Below, piece by piece: positions 1-11,934 of a stretch of 64,000 nucleotides of DNA (position 1 is the stretch's first letter; the number at the start of each line of letters is the position of its first letter). The DNA is taken from assembly GCA_033551855.1 (NCBI GenBank), contig JAWSUI010000002.1, forward strand, positions 134,594 to 198,593, read 5' to 3'. A model generated the notes under the pieces. That model saw nothing but the letters and a program-made list of their open reading frames with translations, did no database searches and was not told the origin of the DNA. The position numbers were made by a program, and so were the translations under genes. The DNA is from Deferrisomatales bacterium (lineage in GTDB: Bacteria > Desulfobacterota > Deferrisomatia > Deferrisomatales > JACRMM01).

Positions 1-990
1 GAGGAGGAAGCCGAAGAAGACCGGCAGGGCGCACGCCCCGAAGGCGGCCGCCGCCCGCCACCCCTCCAGGGCGTAACCCGCCCCGGTCTGCTGGCGCTGG
101 CCCGTGTGGTGGTAGCGGGCCCGGCGTCGGGACAGGCGCTCCAGGACGATGAGGGCGAGCACGAAGGCCAGCATGAGGGCCGCGAGTTGTGCGGCCGCCA
201 CGCGCTCCCCCAGACCGAACCAGGTGCGGAAGATCCCGGTGGTGAAGGTATTGACGCCGAAGTACTGGACCGTGCCGAAGTCGGCGAGGGCCTCCATGAG
301 GGCCAGGGAGACCCCCGCGGCGACGGCGGGACGGGCCAGCGGCAGGGCCACTGCGAAGAACGACCGCCAGGGCCCGCACCCAAGGGTGCGGCTGGCCTCG
401 AGAGCGGCCACCGACTGCTCCCGGAACGCCGCCCGCGACAGGAGGTACACGTAGGGGTAGAGCACCAGGGAGAGCATGACGACGGCGCCCCCCAGAGACC
501 GCACCGGAGGGAACCAGTAATCCCCGTACCCCCACCCGAACCACCCCCGCAGCGCCGACTGCACCGGCCCGGAAAAGTCCAGGAGCCCCGTGTAGGTGTA
601 GGCGATGATGTAGGCCGGCATGGCCATGGGGAGCAGGAGCGCCCACTGGAAGAGCCGATGGCCGGGAAACCGGCACAGGGTCGCGAGCCAGGCGGTGCTC
701 ACCCCCAGGAGGAGGGTGCCGCCCCCCACCCCCCCCATCAGGAGCAGTGAGCTTGCCACGTACTCCGGGAGCACGGTGGCGGCCAGGTGCCGCCACACCT
801 CCCCTGCGGGCCGGAAGACAGACCCCACCACCACCAGGACCGGGACGGAGAGGACCAGGGCCACCGCCCCGACCCCGAGCCCCCAGCCGCTCCAGGGGAC
901 AAGCCTCCGAAAGCCCCACCCGCCCTCCCCCACGGGGCCACGGCGGCCCTTCGCCTCCGCTTCGCCCGCCCCGGAGGGGGTCGGGGTCAC
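1..990 (-). CDS. fbpB: Fe3+ ABC transporter permease (FbpB/FutB-like), runs off the window edge
   Basis: Manual minus-strand translation gives VWRHLAATVLPEY...AWLATLCRFPGHRLFQWALLLPMAMPAYIIAYTY; GTG start overlaps the binding-protein stop (GTGA). Not in the ORF track because it has no stop in the window. Confidence 0.88.
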   Translation of the reverse strand, partial: MTPTPSGAGEAEAKGRRGPVGEGGWGFRRLVPWSGWGLGVGAVALVLSVPVLVVVGSVFRPAGEVWRHLAATVLPEYVASSLLLMGGVGGGTLLLGVSTAWLATLCRFPGHRLFQWALLLPMAMPAYIIAYTYTGLLDFSGPVQSALRGWFGWGYGDYWFPPVRSLGGAVVMLSLVLYPYVYLLSRAAFREQSVAALEASRTLGCGPWRSFFAVALPLARPAVAAGVSLALMEALADFGTVQYFGVNTFTTGIFRTWFGLGERVAAAQLAALMLAFVLALIVLERLSRRRARYHHTGQRQQTGAGYALEGWRAAAAFGACALPVFFGFLL

Positions 991-2018
991 CGCCACCCGG
1001 CCCGGTCCATCACCCGCACGGCCTCGGCGTTGTGCTCCCCGAGGACGGCCAGGTTCACGTCATCGGCCACAAACGTCCCCCAGGCGGCGAGGGTCTCGCT
1101 CACGGGGACGCCCTGGCGCACCGGGTACTCGAAGTTCACCTCGGAGTACCAGCGCTGTGCCTCCTCCCCCGCCAAGAACTCCAGGAGGCGCAGGGCGTTC
1201 TCCGGGTTCTTGGCGTGGCGGGTCACCCCGGCGCCGCTCACATTGACGTGTACGCCGCGGCCGTCCTGGTCGGGCCAGAGAACCCCGACCTTCGCCGCCG
1301 CCTCGCGGTCCTCGGCCTGGGAGGCGTTGAGCATCCCCCCCACGTAGTACGTGTTGGCCAAGGCCAGGTCGCACTGCCCGGCGGCCACCGCCTTGATCTG
1401 GTCCCGGTCTCCCCCCTGGGGCGGCCGGGCGAAATTCGCCACCAGCCCCCGCGCCCAGGCCTCGGCTTCCGCCCGCCCCCGAGCGGCGATCATGGCCGCC
1501 ACCATGGACTGGTTGTAGACGTTCCCCGAGGAGCGCACGCAGATCTTGCCCCTCCACCGGGGGTCGGTCAGGTCCCGGTACGAGGAGAGGGCGGAGGGGT
1601 CCACCCGGTCTCTCGCGTACAGGATGGGGCGCGCCCGCAGAGAGAGGCCGAACCAGTGGCCCTCGGGGTCCCGGTAGCTCGGGGGGACCGTCGCCTCCAG
1701 GGCCTCGGAGCGCATCGGCCGGAAGAGGCCGGCTTCCCGGGCCCGGTTCAAGTTGCCCGCGTCCACCGTGAGAAGGACATCGGCCGGTGAGTGGACGCCC
1801 TCGCTCCTGAGCCGCTCGATGAGGGCATCGGCGGAGCCGGCCACGAGATGGACCTTGATCCCCGTGTGGGCGGTGAACCTGTCGAGGATGGGCTTGATCA
1901 GCACCTCTTGGCGGGCCGAGTAGAGGTTGACCTGGCCGGCCGCGGCGCCGGAAGCAGAGAGGGGGGCGGCGGCGAGGGAGAGGGTTAGGAGAACGAGAGT
2001 CGTGAAAGCTCGGGGCAT
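987..2018 (-). CDS. fbpA: Fe3+ ABC transporter periplasmic binding protein (FutA/FbpA)
   Basis: Signal peptide MPRAFTTLVLL..., VNLYSAR, SPADVLLTVDAGNL, GGDRDQIKAVAAG, ANTYY iron-binding Tyr pair; AGGAG RBS before ATG at 2018. Confidence 0.92.
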   Translation of the reverse strand: MPRAFTTLVLLTLSLAAAPLSASGAAAGQVNLYSARQEVLIKPILDRFTAHTGIKVHLVAGSADALIERLRSEGVHSPADVLLTVDAGNLNRAREAGLFRPMRSEALEATVPPSYRDPEGHWFGLSLRARPILYARDRVDPSALSSYRDLTDPRWRGKICVRSSGNVYNQSMVAAMIAARGRAEAEAWARGLVANFARPPQGGDRDQIKAVAAGQCDLALANTYYVGGMLNASQAEDREAAAKVGVLWPDQDGRGVHVNVSGAGVTRHAKNPENALRLLEFLAGEEAQRWYSEVNFEYPVRQGVPVSETLAAWGTFVADDVNLAVLGEHNAEAVRVMDRAGWR

Positions 2019-2046
2019 GGGGGATCTCCTTCGGGGTGCATGGAAT

Positions 2047-2061
2047 TGATAATCAGTATCT
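2047..2061. promoter_or_regulatory. Putative Fur box
   Basis: TGATAATCAGTATCT matches the 7-1-7 TGATAATnATTATCA consensus at 13/15; AT-rich patch ~30 bp upstream of fbpA, with a minus-strand TTGACA at 2082-2087. Confidence 0.75.
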
Positions 2062-2143
2062 CTAACAGCCCCTCGCCGGGGTGTCAAGACCCACCCCACC
2101 GCTTTGCCGCCTTGGCCTTCCGGGGCCCCGGTATGCCCATCGG

Positions 2144-2752
2144 TCAGGACGGCATGGGGAAGGGACCGCTGAACGGCTTCTCGCCGCAAGAGTCTCCGGG
2201 CCGCGTGTCGTCGGTTCCGGCAGCCGGCAGCCGATAGACGAAGATCCGGCTCGCCGCCTCGTCGTCCGCCCGGTGCACCCGTAGAGGTTTCCACCCCGGT
2301 ACCGGGAAGAAGTGGCTCACCACCAGGGCTCCGGCAGGCAGTTCCGCGGCAAGCTTGGGACGGAGGCGGGCCATGCCTCCGGGGTAGAGGTAACAGACGA
2401 CCAGGACGGCCGTCCCGAGGGGGGCGCGGTGGAAGTCGGCCCGGAGGAGTCGGAGATTCGGGGTGCGGGCGAAGAGCGCCCGCAATCGGGAGACCGCCCA
2501 GGGCAGGGGAGAGAGCTCGTAGGCCCTCACCGGACAACTCGGGTACCGGTGTGCCAACGCGAAGGCGAGGCCCCCCCACCCCGAACCGAGCTCGAAGACC
2601 GTCCCCTCGAGATCGGCGGGGAGGGACGCGAGCAGCGCCGCCCGCACCCGGGGGCTCGTGGGCACGGGAGAGATCCCCGTGCGGAGGGTGTAGGCCAGGG
2701 TCACGGTCAGTCCCACGGCCACGAACGCAGCGACGGTCACCGCGGTGGTCAT
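2144..2752 (-). CDS. Class I SAM-dependent methyltransferase with N-terminal TM segment
   Basis: GISPVPTS, ELGSGWG motif I, YELSP, ADF, VCYLYP, VVSH. Confidence 0.8.
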   Translation of the reverse strand: MTTAVTVAAFVAVGLTVTLAYTLRTGISPVPTSPRVRAALLASLPADLEGTVFELGSGWGGLAFALAHRYPSCPVRAYELSPLPWAVSRLRALFARTPNLRLLRADFHRAPLGTAVLVVCYLYPGGMARLRPKLAAELPAGALVVSHFFPVPGWKPLRVHRADDEAASRIFVYRLPAAGTDDTRPGDSCGEKPFSGPFPMPS

Positions 2753-2802
2753 GGGGCATCTCCGTCAGAGGAAATCCGGGGTGACGCGTGCGGCCCCCAG
2801 GG

Positions 2803-2832
2803 ACGCTAGCCGGGGCGCGGGCGTGGTGTCAA
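2803..2832 (-). promoter_or_regulatory. Putative sigma70 promoter for the methyltransferase
   Basis: Minus strand TTGACA (2832-2827) - 18 bp - TAGCGT (2808-2803). Confidence 0.5.
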
Positions 2833-2845
2833 GTGAGCCGGATCT

Positions 2846-3051
2846 CCTCGATCCACCGGCTGGATGCGGACAGGGCCGGAAAGCCCCTCCGCCGAGCCCC
2901 GAAATCCGCGACTGTTCGCGGAGAGGGCCCCCGGAGGACAGATGGGCCCGGTCTCACCCGTCTCCCACAGCTCTCGGCTTCGGTCGATGCGGCACGGGAC
3001 TCAGCTCCGGGGCTCCCCGGCCCTTCGGAGAAACGTGGTGGTGGATTCTGG
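2846..3051 (+). mobile_element. MITE-like repeat, copy A
   Basis: Ends CCTCGATCCACC / GGTGGATTCTGG are inverted repeats; ATCT flanks both sides (4-bp TSD); interior aligns with the copies at 18259 and 37154. Confidence 0.72.
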
Positions 3052-3131
3052 ATCTGGAGTGAGCCAGTTCTGGAGAGTCCCCGGCCTGGACCCGCCGACG
3101 CCCCGCCCGTGCCCCCTCCGCGACCCAGGGA

Positions 3132-3342
3132 TCGGGGGCCGCCAAACGCAACGTCCTAAGCGGATTCCGGGAGCCCTGGAGCGCAGCCCCGTCCCCCACC
3201 GACCGGCCCGCCGGGTCCGCTGCAAACCGATGCGACCCGGCGCACCGGCACCTGCGGGGACACCTCTTCGAACGGCCGCGGGTTGCGGGGCGGAGCGGAG
3301 GGGCTCCCCGGTTCCGAGGACGCGGCAGGCGGGAGATTCGGT
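3132..3342 (-). mobile_element. MITE-like repeat, copy B (degenerate ends)
   Basis: Reverse complement contains GGGAGCCCCTCCGCTCCGCCCCGCAACCCGCGGCCGTTCGAAGA and CGGGGCTGCGCTCCAGGGCTCCCGG, closely matching copy E; boundaries approximate. Confidence 0.68.
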
Positions 3343-4908
<1,566 letters not shown>

Positions 4909-4915
4909 GACCGCC

Positions 4916-6466
4916 ATGTCCGACATCCACGATCAGAAGATCCTGATCCTCGACTTCGGTTCACAGTACACCCAGCTCATCGCGCGCCGGGTGCGTGAAA
5001 GCCGGGTCTACTGCGAGATTCACCCGTGTACGGTGACCTTGCAGCAGATTCGTGCCTTCAATGCGCGGGGGATCATCCTCTCCGGAGGGCCTTCGAGCGT
5101 GTACGATGCCCAGGCGCCCCTGGTGGACCCGGGGCTCTTCCGGCTCGGGGTCCCGGTCCTCGGGGTCTGCTACGGCATGCAGCTCATGACCCACCTGCTG
5201 GGTGGAAAGGTGGCTCGGGGTCTCCGACGGGAGTATGGCCTCGCCCACCTCGTCGTAGACGTGCCGGTGGGCGTCCTCGAGGGATTCGGCGGGGGACCGG
5301 TGCCGGTCTGGATGAGTCACGGCGACCGGATCGAGGAGCTGCCCCCCGGGTTTCGGCCCCTCGCCCACAGCGACAATTCCCCCGTGGCCGCGATGGCCCA
5401 CGGCGAGAAGCCCTTCTACGGCGTGCAGTTCCACCCCGAAGTGGTGCACACCCCCCGTGGCACCGAGATGCTGGAGAACTTCCTCTTCGACGTCTGCCGG
5501 CTCGAGCCCACGTGGACCATGGGATCCTTTATCGAGGCGTCGGTGGCGGACATCCGGGCCAGGGTCGGGGACGGCCATGTGATCTGCGCCCTGTCGGGAG
5601 GGGTGGACTCCTCGGTGGTGGCGCTCCTGCTTCACCGGGCTTTGGGCGATCAGCTCACCTGCGTCTTCGTGGACAACGGGGTCCTCCGGAAAGGCGAGGC
5701 CGAGAAGGTGGTGCGCACCTTCCGGGACCACTTCCACCTGAACCTGCGCCACGTGGACGCGGCGGACCTGTTCCTGGAGAAGCTGAGGGGGGTCACCGAT
5801 CCCGAGCAGAAGCGCAAAATCATCGGGAACGAGTTCATCTACCTCTTCGAGCGCGAGGCCAGGGGTCTGGGGCGTGTCGAGTGGCTGGCCCAGGGGACCC
5901 TCTATCCCGACGTTATCGAGAGCGTCTCGTTCAAGGGCCCCTCGGCGACGATCAAGAGTCACCACAATGTGGGAGGGCTCCCCGAGCGGATGCACCTCAA
6001 GCTCATCGAGCCCCTCCGGGAGCTCTTCAAGGACGAGGCCCGGGAGGTGGGGCGGGAGTTGGGCCTGCCCGAGGAGATCATCGGCCGGCACCCCTTTCCC
6101 GGCCCAGGGCTCGCGATCCGGATCCTCGGCGAGGTCACGGCCGAACGCCTGGCGGTGCTCCGGGAGGCCGATGCCATCGTGCGGGAGGAGATCGCCCGAG
6201 ACGGCCTCCAGAAGAGCGTGTGGCAGAGCTTCTGCGTCCTTCTGCCGGTGAAGACCGTGGGAGTCATGGGGGACGAGCGCACCTACGAGGATGTGATCGC
6301 GGTGCGGTCGGTGAACTCCCTGGACGGGATGACGGCCGACTGGTCGCGGCTGCCCTACGAGGTCCTGGCGCGCATCTCCAACCGCATCATCAACGAGGTG
6401 CGGGGGGTCAACCGCGTCGTGTACGATATCTCCTCGAAGCCGCCGGCCACGATCGAGTGGGAGTGA
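4916..6466 (+). CDS. guaA: GMP synthase (glutamine-hydrolysing)
   Basis: LDFGSQY, GVCYGMQ, QFHPEV, SGGVDS, C-terminal KPPATIEWE. Confidence 0.98.
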   Translation: MSDIHDQKILILDFGSQYTQLIARRVRESRVYCEIHPCTVTLQQIRAFNARGIILSGGPSSVYDAQAPLVDPGLFRLGVPVLGVCYGMQLMTHLLGGKVARGLRREYGLAHLVVDVPVGVLEGFGGGPVPVWMSHGDRIEELPPGFRPLAHSDNSPVAAMAHGEKPFYGVQFHPEVVHTPRGTEMLENFLFDVCRLEPTWTMGSFIEASVADIRARVGDGHVICALSGGVDSSVVALLLHRALGDQLTCVFVDNGVLRKGEAEKVVRTFRDHFHLNLRHVDAADLFLEKLRGVTDPEQKRKIIGNEFIYLFEREARGLGRVEWLAQGTLYPDVIESVSFKGPSATIKSHHNVGGLPERMHLKLIEPLRELFKDEAREVGRELGLPEEIIGRHPFPGPGLAIRILGEVTAERLAVLREADAIVREEIARDGLQKSVWQSFCVLLPVKTVGVMGDERTYEDVIAVRSVNSLDGMTADWSRLPYEVLARISNRIINEVRGVNRVVYDISSKPPATIEWE

Positions 6467-6476
6467 GGAGCCCAAG

Positions 6477-7118
6477 ATGCCCCGGGGCATCCCCCTTGTC
6501 CTGTCCGCCCCCTCCGGGGCGGGCAAGTCGACACTGGTGCGCGCCCTGCGCTCCCGGCTGCCGGGACTGGAGTTCAGCGTCTCCCACACCACCCGTCGTC
6601 CTCGGGCCGGAGAGGTGGACGGGGTGGACTACCATTTCGTCGCCCTCCAGGTCTTCGAGAAGATGATCGGGCAGAGAGCCTTCGCGGAGTGGGCGGAGGT
6701 TCACGGGAATCTCTACGGCACGAGCCTCGAGGCCCTGGAGACTCGCCTGGAGCGGGGGGCCGACGTGCTGCTGGACATCGATGTACAGGGGGCACTGCAG
6801 CTCGCCGAGGGGGTTGCCGGGGCGGTGCTGGTCTTCGTGCTGCCACCCTCCTGGGACGAGCTGCGGCGGCGCTTGGTGATGCGCGGGCTGGACCCCGCCG
6901 ACGTGATCGAGCGCCGCCTGGCCAACGCCCGGGGTGAGCTCGGGCAGGCGCTCCGGTACCACTACCTGGTGGTGAACGACCGCGTGGAACGCGCGGCGGA
7001 CGAGCTGTGCCGGATCGTGGAAGCCGAGCGGTGCCGCGCAGGTCGGAGGCGGGACCTCGTGGAGGCGCTCCTGCGAGAGGAGAGCCGGGCCACCCCAGGC
7101 GCGGAAGACACTTTGTGA
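6477..7118 (+). CDS. gmk: Guanylate kinase
   Basis: [35 protein letters not shown]. Confidence 0.96.
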   Translation: MPRGIPLVLSAPSGAGKSTLVRALRSRLPGLEFSVSHTTRRPRAGEVDGVDYHFVALQVFEKMIGQRAFAEWAEVHGNLYGTSLEALETRLERGADVLLDIDVQGALQLAEGVAGAVLVFVLPPSWDELRRRLVMRGLDPADVIERRLANARGELGQALRYHYLVVNDRVERAADELCRIVEAERCRAGRRRDLVEALLREESRATPGAEDTL

Positions 7119-7164
7119 CGGCGATCGGCATCCGACGACAGAACCTGGAGAAGGGAGCAACGGG

Positions 7165-7374
7165 ATGGCACGCGTGACCGTGGAAGACTGCCTGGAAGTG
7201 ATCCCCAACCGCTTTGCCTTGGCCATGGTGGCTGCCCAACGGGCCAAGCAACTGCTGCGGGGCGCCCCGGCGCTGGTGCAGAGCAAGAACAAGTTCATCG
7301 TGACCGCTTTGCGCGAGGTGGAGGAGGGCAAGGTTACCCTCAAGGAGCGGGTGATCGGCAGGGACGTCGACTAG
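7165..7374 (+). CDS. rpoZ: RNA polymerase omega subunit
   Basis: [10 protein letters not shown]...[16 protein letters not shown]...ALRE; gmk-rpoZ-rel synteny. Confidence 0.96.
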   Translation: MARVTVEDCLEVIPNRFALAMVAAQRAKQLLRGAPALVQSKNKFIVTALREVEEGKVTLKERVIGRDVD

Positions 7375-7395
7375 ACGCCCGGTTTCACCCCAGGA

Positions 7396-9525
7396 ATGCA
7401 CCGCCTCCACGACGTCGTCGAGAAGGTCCAATCCTACCAGGGGGACGTCAGCCTCGACCTCCTGCGCAAGGCCTATGTCTTCTCGGCGAAGGTTCACCGG
7501 GACCAGACCCGGCTGTCGGGGGAGCCCTACCTCACCCACCCGCTGGCCGTGGCCTCGATCCTGGCCGACCTGCGGATGGACGAGGTCACGGTAGCCAGCG
7601 GGCTCCTCCACGACGTCATCGAGGTCGGAGCAACCTCTGCGGAGCTGGTCCGGGAGCACTTCGGCGAGGACATCGCCTCCATCGTCGAGTCCCTGAGCCA
7701 CCTCTCCCGCGTCACCTACTCCTCCCAGAAACAGGAACAGGCCGAGCACTTCCGCCGCCTCATCCTGGGGATGGCCAAAGACGTGCGGGTGGTCATGGTG
7801 AAGCTGGCCGACCGCCTGCACAACATGCGTACCCTGGGTCCGGCGCCTCGCCCCCGTCAGCTCCAACTCGCCCAGGAAACCCTCGACGTCTATGCACCCC
7901 TGGCCAACCGCCTAGGCATCCACCGCCTCAAGAGCGAGCTCCAGGACCTGGGGCTGCGCTACGTGATGCCCGACGTCTACGCCGACCTGGTGCGCAAGGT
8001 GGAGCGCCGGCTGGCGGAGCGGGAGAGCTACGTCGCCGAGATAGTCCAGGTGCTGGAGGGGCTGCTCGCGGAGAACGGGCTGCACGGCCAGGTGAGCGGG
8101 CGACCCAAGCACTTCTTCTCCATCTGGAAGAAGATGCAGGAGCAGGGGATCGGCTTCGAGCAGGTCTACGACCTGATGGCATTCCGGATCATCCTCGGGG
8201 AGGTGCGCGACTGTTACGGGGCCCTGGGGGCCATCCACGGCCGCTGGACCCCGATCCCGGGCCGCTTCAAGGACTACATCGCCCTTCCCAAACCGAACCT
8301 CTACCAGTCGCTTCACACCACGGTGATGGGGCCCCAGGGTCAGCCTATGGAGGTGCAGATCCGCACAGAGGAGATGCACCGGATCGCCGAGGAGGGCATC
8401 GCGGCCCACTGGCGTTACAAGGAAAAGAGGGCGGCGGCGGGGCCGGAGGATCGTGTCTTCCAATGGCTGCGGCAGGTGGTGGAATCCCACCAGGATCTCG
8501 GAGATGCCGAGGAGTTCCTGGACAGCTTCAAGGTCGACCTCTACCCCGACGTGATCTTCGTGTTCACCCCGGCGGGAGACCTGATGGAGCTCCCCCGGGG
8601 GGCTACCCCGGTGGACTTTGCCTACTCGGTGCACACCCGGGTGGGGGAGCAGTGCGTGGGCGCCAAGGTCAACGACCGCATGGTGCCCCTCAGCCACCGC
8701 CTCAAGAACGGCGACCGCGTCGAGATCACCACCTCGAAGAGCCACACGCCGAGCACCGACTGGCTGGAGTTCGTCCAGACGTCCAGGGCCCGCAACAAGA
8801 TACGGGCCTGGATCAAGACCCAGCAGCGACAGCGTTCGGTGGAGCTGGGGCGAGACCTCTGCGACCGGGAGTTTCGCAAGGCCGGGCACAGCCTGGCCAA
8901 GGCGCTCAAGGCGGGCGAGCTCGAGGCGCTGGCTCCCAAGTTCGGCCTGAACAAGGAGGAGGAGCTCCTCGAGGCCGTGGGGTATGGGAAGATTTCGGCC
9001 CGTCAGGTGTTGGGCAAGCTGTACCCGGACCTGGAGGAGCGTGAGGCCGAGGAGGTCAAGAGGCCCAAGAGACCCCCCAAGGCCCCCAAGGGAATCGTAA
9101 TCCAGGGGATCGGCGACGCCATGGTGCGGTTTGCCCGGTGCTGCAACCCGCTTCCGGGGGAAGCGGTGGTGGGCTTCGTCACCCGGGGGCACGGGATGAC
9201 GGTCCACACCGCCGACTGCCTCAACGTCCGGAGGCTCGACCCCGAGAGACGCATCGAGGTGGACTGGGGCCGCGGGGAGGCCGGTGCCCACCCGGTGAAG
9301 ATCCGGGTCGCGTGCGACGACCGCAAGGGGATCCTGGCCGCCATCACCCAGGCCTTGGCCGGCTTCGACGTCAACGTGGCCCGTGCGGACGTGCGCACCT
9401 GGGCCGCCGGCCAGGCCGAGTGCAACTTCGAGATCCTCGTGGAAGACATGGACCGACTCCAGAAGATCCTGGGGGCCATCCAGGGGATCAAAGGGGTCAG
9501 CCGGGTGACGCGGGTCAAGACGTGA
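7396..9525 (+). CDS. spoT: Long RelA/SpoT homolog, (p)ppGpp synthetase/hydrolase
   Basis: HD domain (RLSGEPYLTHP, LLHD, KLADRLHNMRTL), synthetase RFKDYI/YQSLHT/EVQIRT, TGS, zinc finger and ACT domains. Confidence 0.95.
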   Translation: MHRLHDVVEKVQSYQGDVSLDLLRKAYVFSAKVHRDQTRLSGEPYLTHPLAVASILADLRMDEVTVASGLLHDVIEVGATSAELVREHFGEDIASIVESLSHLSRVTYSSQKQEQAEHFRRLILGMAKDVRVVMVKLADRLHNMRTLGPAPRPRQLQLAQETLDVYAPLANRLGIHRLKSELQDLGLRYVMPDVYADLVRKVERRLAERESYVAEIVQVLEGLLAENGLHGQVSGRPKHFFSIWKKMQEQGIGFEQVYDLMAFRIILGEVRDCYGALGAIHGRWTPIPGRFKDYIALPKPNLYQSLHTTVMGPQGQPMEVQIRTEEMHRIAEEGIAAHWRYKEKRAAAGPEDRVFQWLRQVVESHQDLGDAEEFLDSFKVDLYPDVIFVFTPAGDLMELPRGATPVDFAYSVHTRVGEQCVGAKVNDRMVPLSHRLKNGDRVEITTSKSHTPSTDWLEFVQTSRARNKIRAWIKTQQRQRSVELGRDLCDREFRKAGHSLAKALKAGELEALAPKFGLNKEEELLEAVGYGKISARQVLGKLYPDLEEREAEEVKRPKRPPKAPKGIVIQGIGDAMVRFARCCNPLPGEAVVGFVTRGHGMTVHTADCLNVRRLDPERRIEVDWGRGEAGAHPVKIRVACDDRKGILAAITQALAGFDVNVARADVRTWAAGQAECNFEILVEDMDRLQKILGAIQGIKGVSRVTRVKT

Positions 9526-9559
9526 ACCGTGCCGGGCCAAGGCGCCCGAGGGAGGTCTC

Positions 9560-9976
9560 GTGAAGACGCAGATCGTTACCGAGCGTGCCCCCGCTGCCAT
9601 CGGACCGTACAGCCAGGCCGTGGCCGCCGGGTCCTACGTCTTCTGCTCCGGCCAGATCCCACTGGACCCGGCCACGGGGCAAGTGGTCGGGAAGGGGGTG
9701 GAAGAGCAGACCCGCCAGGTGCTGGACAACCTTCGGGCCGTGCTCGAGGCCGCGGGGAGCGGGCTCGAGCACGTGGTGAAGACGACCGTCTTCCTGGCCG
9801 ACATGGGGGACTTCCCGGCGATGAATGCGGTGTACGAGGGGTACTTCGGGGATAAACCCCCCGCCCGCTCCACGATCCAGGCGGCGGCGCTGCCCCGGGG
9901 AGCGGCGGTGGAGATCGAGGCCGTAGCCCTTCGGGGGCCGGGGCCCGGGCTGGACGTCCACGGGCTGGCCCCGTGA
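9560..9976 (+). CDS. ridA: RidA family imine/enamine deaminase
   Basis: APAAIGPYSQAV, SGQIPLDP, PARS, LPRGAAVEIE. Confidence 0.93.
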   Translation: MKTQIVTERAPAAIGPYSQAVAAGSYVFCSGQIPLDPATGQVVGKGVEEQTRQVLDNLRAVLEAAGSGLEHVVKTTVFLADMGDFPAMNAVYEGYFGDKPPARSTIQAAALPRGAAVEIEAVALRGPGPGLDVHGLAP

Positions 9977-9992
9977 GCCACCGGTCCCGGTC

Positions 9993-10439
9993 ATGACCCC
10001 GAGCCTCCTGCTGCTGCTGCTGATGTTCGGTGTGGGGGCCCTGTCCGCGCTCCAGCCCTCGGTCAACGCGCGCCTGGCGGACCGGGTGGCGGGGGTGCTG
10101 CCCGCGGCCACCGTCTCCTTCGCGGTGGGCACAGTGGCCCTGTTGGCCGTGGCCCTGGCGACGGGGCGTGGCGGAGGACTCCGGGGGGTTGGATCCGCCC
10201 CGTGGTGGGAGCTCTCCGGGGGCTTGATCGGCGCCGTCTACGTGGCGTCCACGATCCTGGTCTTTCCGCGGATCGGCACCGCGGCGGGCATGGCCGCGGT
10301 CATCTCCGCGCAACTCGCCACCGGCCTCCTGCTGGACCGTGCCGGGGCGTTTGGTTTCCGGCAGATCGACCTGGACTGGAGACGGGTCGTCGGGGTGTTG
10401 CTTCTCCTCGCAGGGGCCGCGCTGATCTATCGCAGGTGA
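9993..10439 (+). CDS. DMT family transporter (YdcZ/DUF606-like)
   Basis: Five hydrophobic segments, ALQPSVNARL, PWWELSGGLIG, LLLDRAGAFG. Confidence 0.8.
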   Translation: MTPSLLLLLLMFGVGALSALQPSVNARLADRVAGVLPAATVSFAVGTVALLAVALATGRGGGLRGVGSAPWWELSGGLIGAVYVASTILVFPRIGTAAGMAAVISAQLATGLLLDRAGAFGFRQIDLDWRRVVGVLLLLAGAALIYRR

Positions 10440-10646
10440 GGGAGCAAGGGCGACCCGCGCGGCGGGGGGCCGCTCCGGCCGGCCGGGGATGCCGTTTCGA
10501 CGACGCCCGGGGTTCTCGCGGGCGCCGCCCCTGCGCCGGGCCGGCGAGTTGCCGGATGCCTCTGGGAGACCCCGGGCCCGATCGGGGCCTCCGGGGTTTC
10601 TCCATCGGCGGAGGCGGGTCCGCCGCGAAAGGATGGTCGGGGGCCC

Positions 10647-11930
10647 ATGGCGAGTCGCGTCAACCGAAGGCAGATCGTCTCCTGGTCCCTCTACGACTGG
10701 GCCAACTCCGCCTTCGCCACGACGGTCATGGCCGGGTTCTTTCCCCTCTTCTTCAAGGAGTACTGGAACGCCGGCGTCGACCCCACGGTGAGCACCCTGC
10801 GGCTGGGAATCGCCAACTCGGCGGGAAGCCTCGTGGTGTTGGCGCTGGCCCCGGTCCTGGGCGCGGTCGCAGACTGGGGGGGCTCCCGGAAGCGCTTCCT
10901 GCTCTTCTTCGCCGCCCTGGGGGTCTGCGCCACGGCGGGACTGTATGCGGTGGGCGAAGGGGGCTGGGCGGCGGCGGCGGCCCTCTACGCGACGGGCCTG
11001 GTGGGCTTCGCCGCCGGCAACATCTTCTACGACGCCCTCCTCGTGGGCGTTGCCGGGGAGGACCGGGTGGACCTGGTCTCCGCCCTCGGGTACGCACTGG
11101 GGTACCTCGGGGGCGGGCTCCTCTTCGCGGCCAACGTGGCGATGGCCCTCTATCCCTCCTGGTTCGGCCTGGAGGACTCCGCGGCGGGGGTGCGGGCCTC
11201 GTTTCTCACGGTGGCGCTGTGGTGGGCCGTCTTCGGGGTCCCCTTGTTCCTGTTCGTGCCGGAGGGGGGGCCCCGAAGGCGCCTCTCGCCGGTTGGGGCC
11301 GTGGTCGGGGGGTTCCGGCGGTTGGCGACGACCTTCCGCGAGGTGCGCCGCCTGAAGGTGGTGATTCTGTTTCTGGTGGGGTACTGGCTCTACATCGACG
11401 GGGTCGACACGATCATCCGGATGGCGGTCGACTACGGCCTGGCCCTGGGGCTCTCGTCCCAGGCGCTGATCACCGCGCTCCTGGTGACCCAGTTCGTCGG
11501 GTTCCCGGCGGCCATCGCCTTCGGCTGGCTCGGCCAGCGGCTGGGCCCCAAGACCGGCATCTACCTGGCTCTGGCGGTCTACGTGGGGGTCACGGTCTGG
11601 GCCTACTTCATGGACAGCGAGGCGGAGTTCTTCGGCATGGCGGTGACCATCGGGCTGGTGCAGGGGGGGGTGCAGTCCCTGAGCCGGTCCTTCTACACCC
11701 GCATCATCCCGCCCTCGAAGGCCGGGGAGTTCTTCGGTTTCTACAACATGATGGGAAAGTTCGCCGCCGTGGTCGGGCCCGTGGCGATGGGGTGGGTGGC
11801 GGTGGCCACGGGGGAGCCGCGCAACGCCATCTTTGCCATCACGGTGCTGCTCGTCGCCGGGGCGGGGTGTCTGTACCTGGTGGACGAGGACAAGGGGCGC
11901 CGGGAGGCCCGGGTCCTGGAGGGGCTGTGA
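10647..11930 (+). CDS. MFS transporter (UMF1/Atg22-like)
   Basis: WSLYDWANSAF, LGYALGYLGG, QSLSRSFY, EFFGFY. Confidence 0.9.
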   Translation: MASRVNRRQIVSWSLYDWANSAFATTVMAGFFPLFFKEYWNAGVDPTVSTLRLGIANSAGSLVVLALAPVLGAVADWGGSRKRFLLFFAALGVCATAGLYAVGEGGWAAAAALYATGLVGFAAGNIFYDALLVGVAGEDRVDLVSALGYALGYLGGGLLFAANVAMALYPSWFGLEDSAAGVRASFLTVALWWAVFGVPLFLFVPEGGPRRRLSPVGAVVGGFRRLATTFREVRRLKVVILFLVGYWLYIDGVDTIIRMAVDYGLALGLSSQALITALLVTQFVGFPAAIAFGWLGQRLGPKTGIYLALAVYVGVTVWAYFMDSEAEFFGMAVTIGLVQGGVQSLSRSFYTRIIPPSKAGEFFGFYNMMGKFAAVVGPVAMGWVAVATGEPRNAIFAITVLLVAGAGCLYLVDEDKGRREARVLEGL

Positions 11931-11934
11931 GGCC

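Noticed and set aside
10440..10646. Possible further degenerate MITE copy
   Set aside because: Only a ~35-bp patch resembles the family and no terminal IRs are recognisable; could be chance in GC-rich DNA
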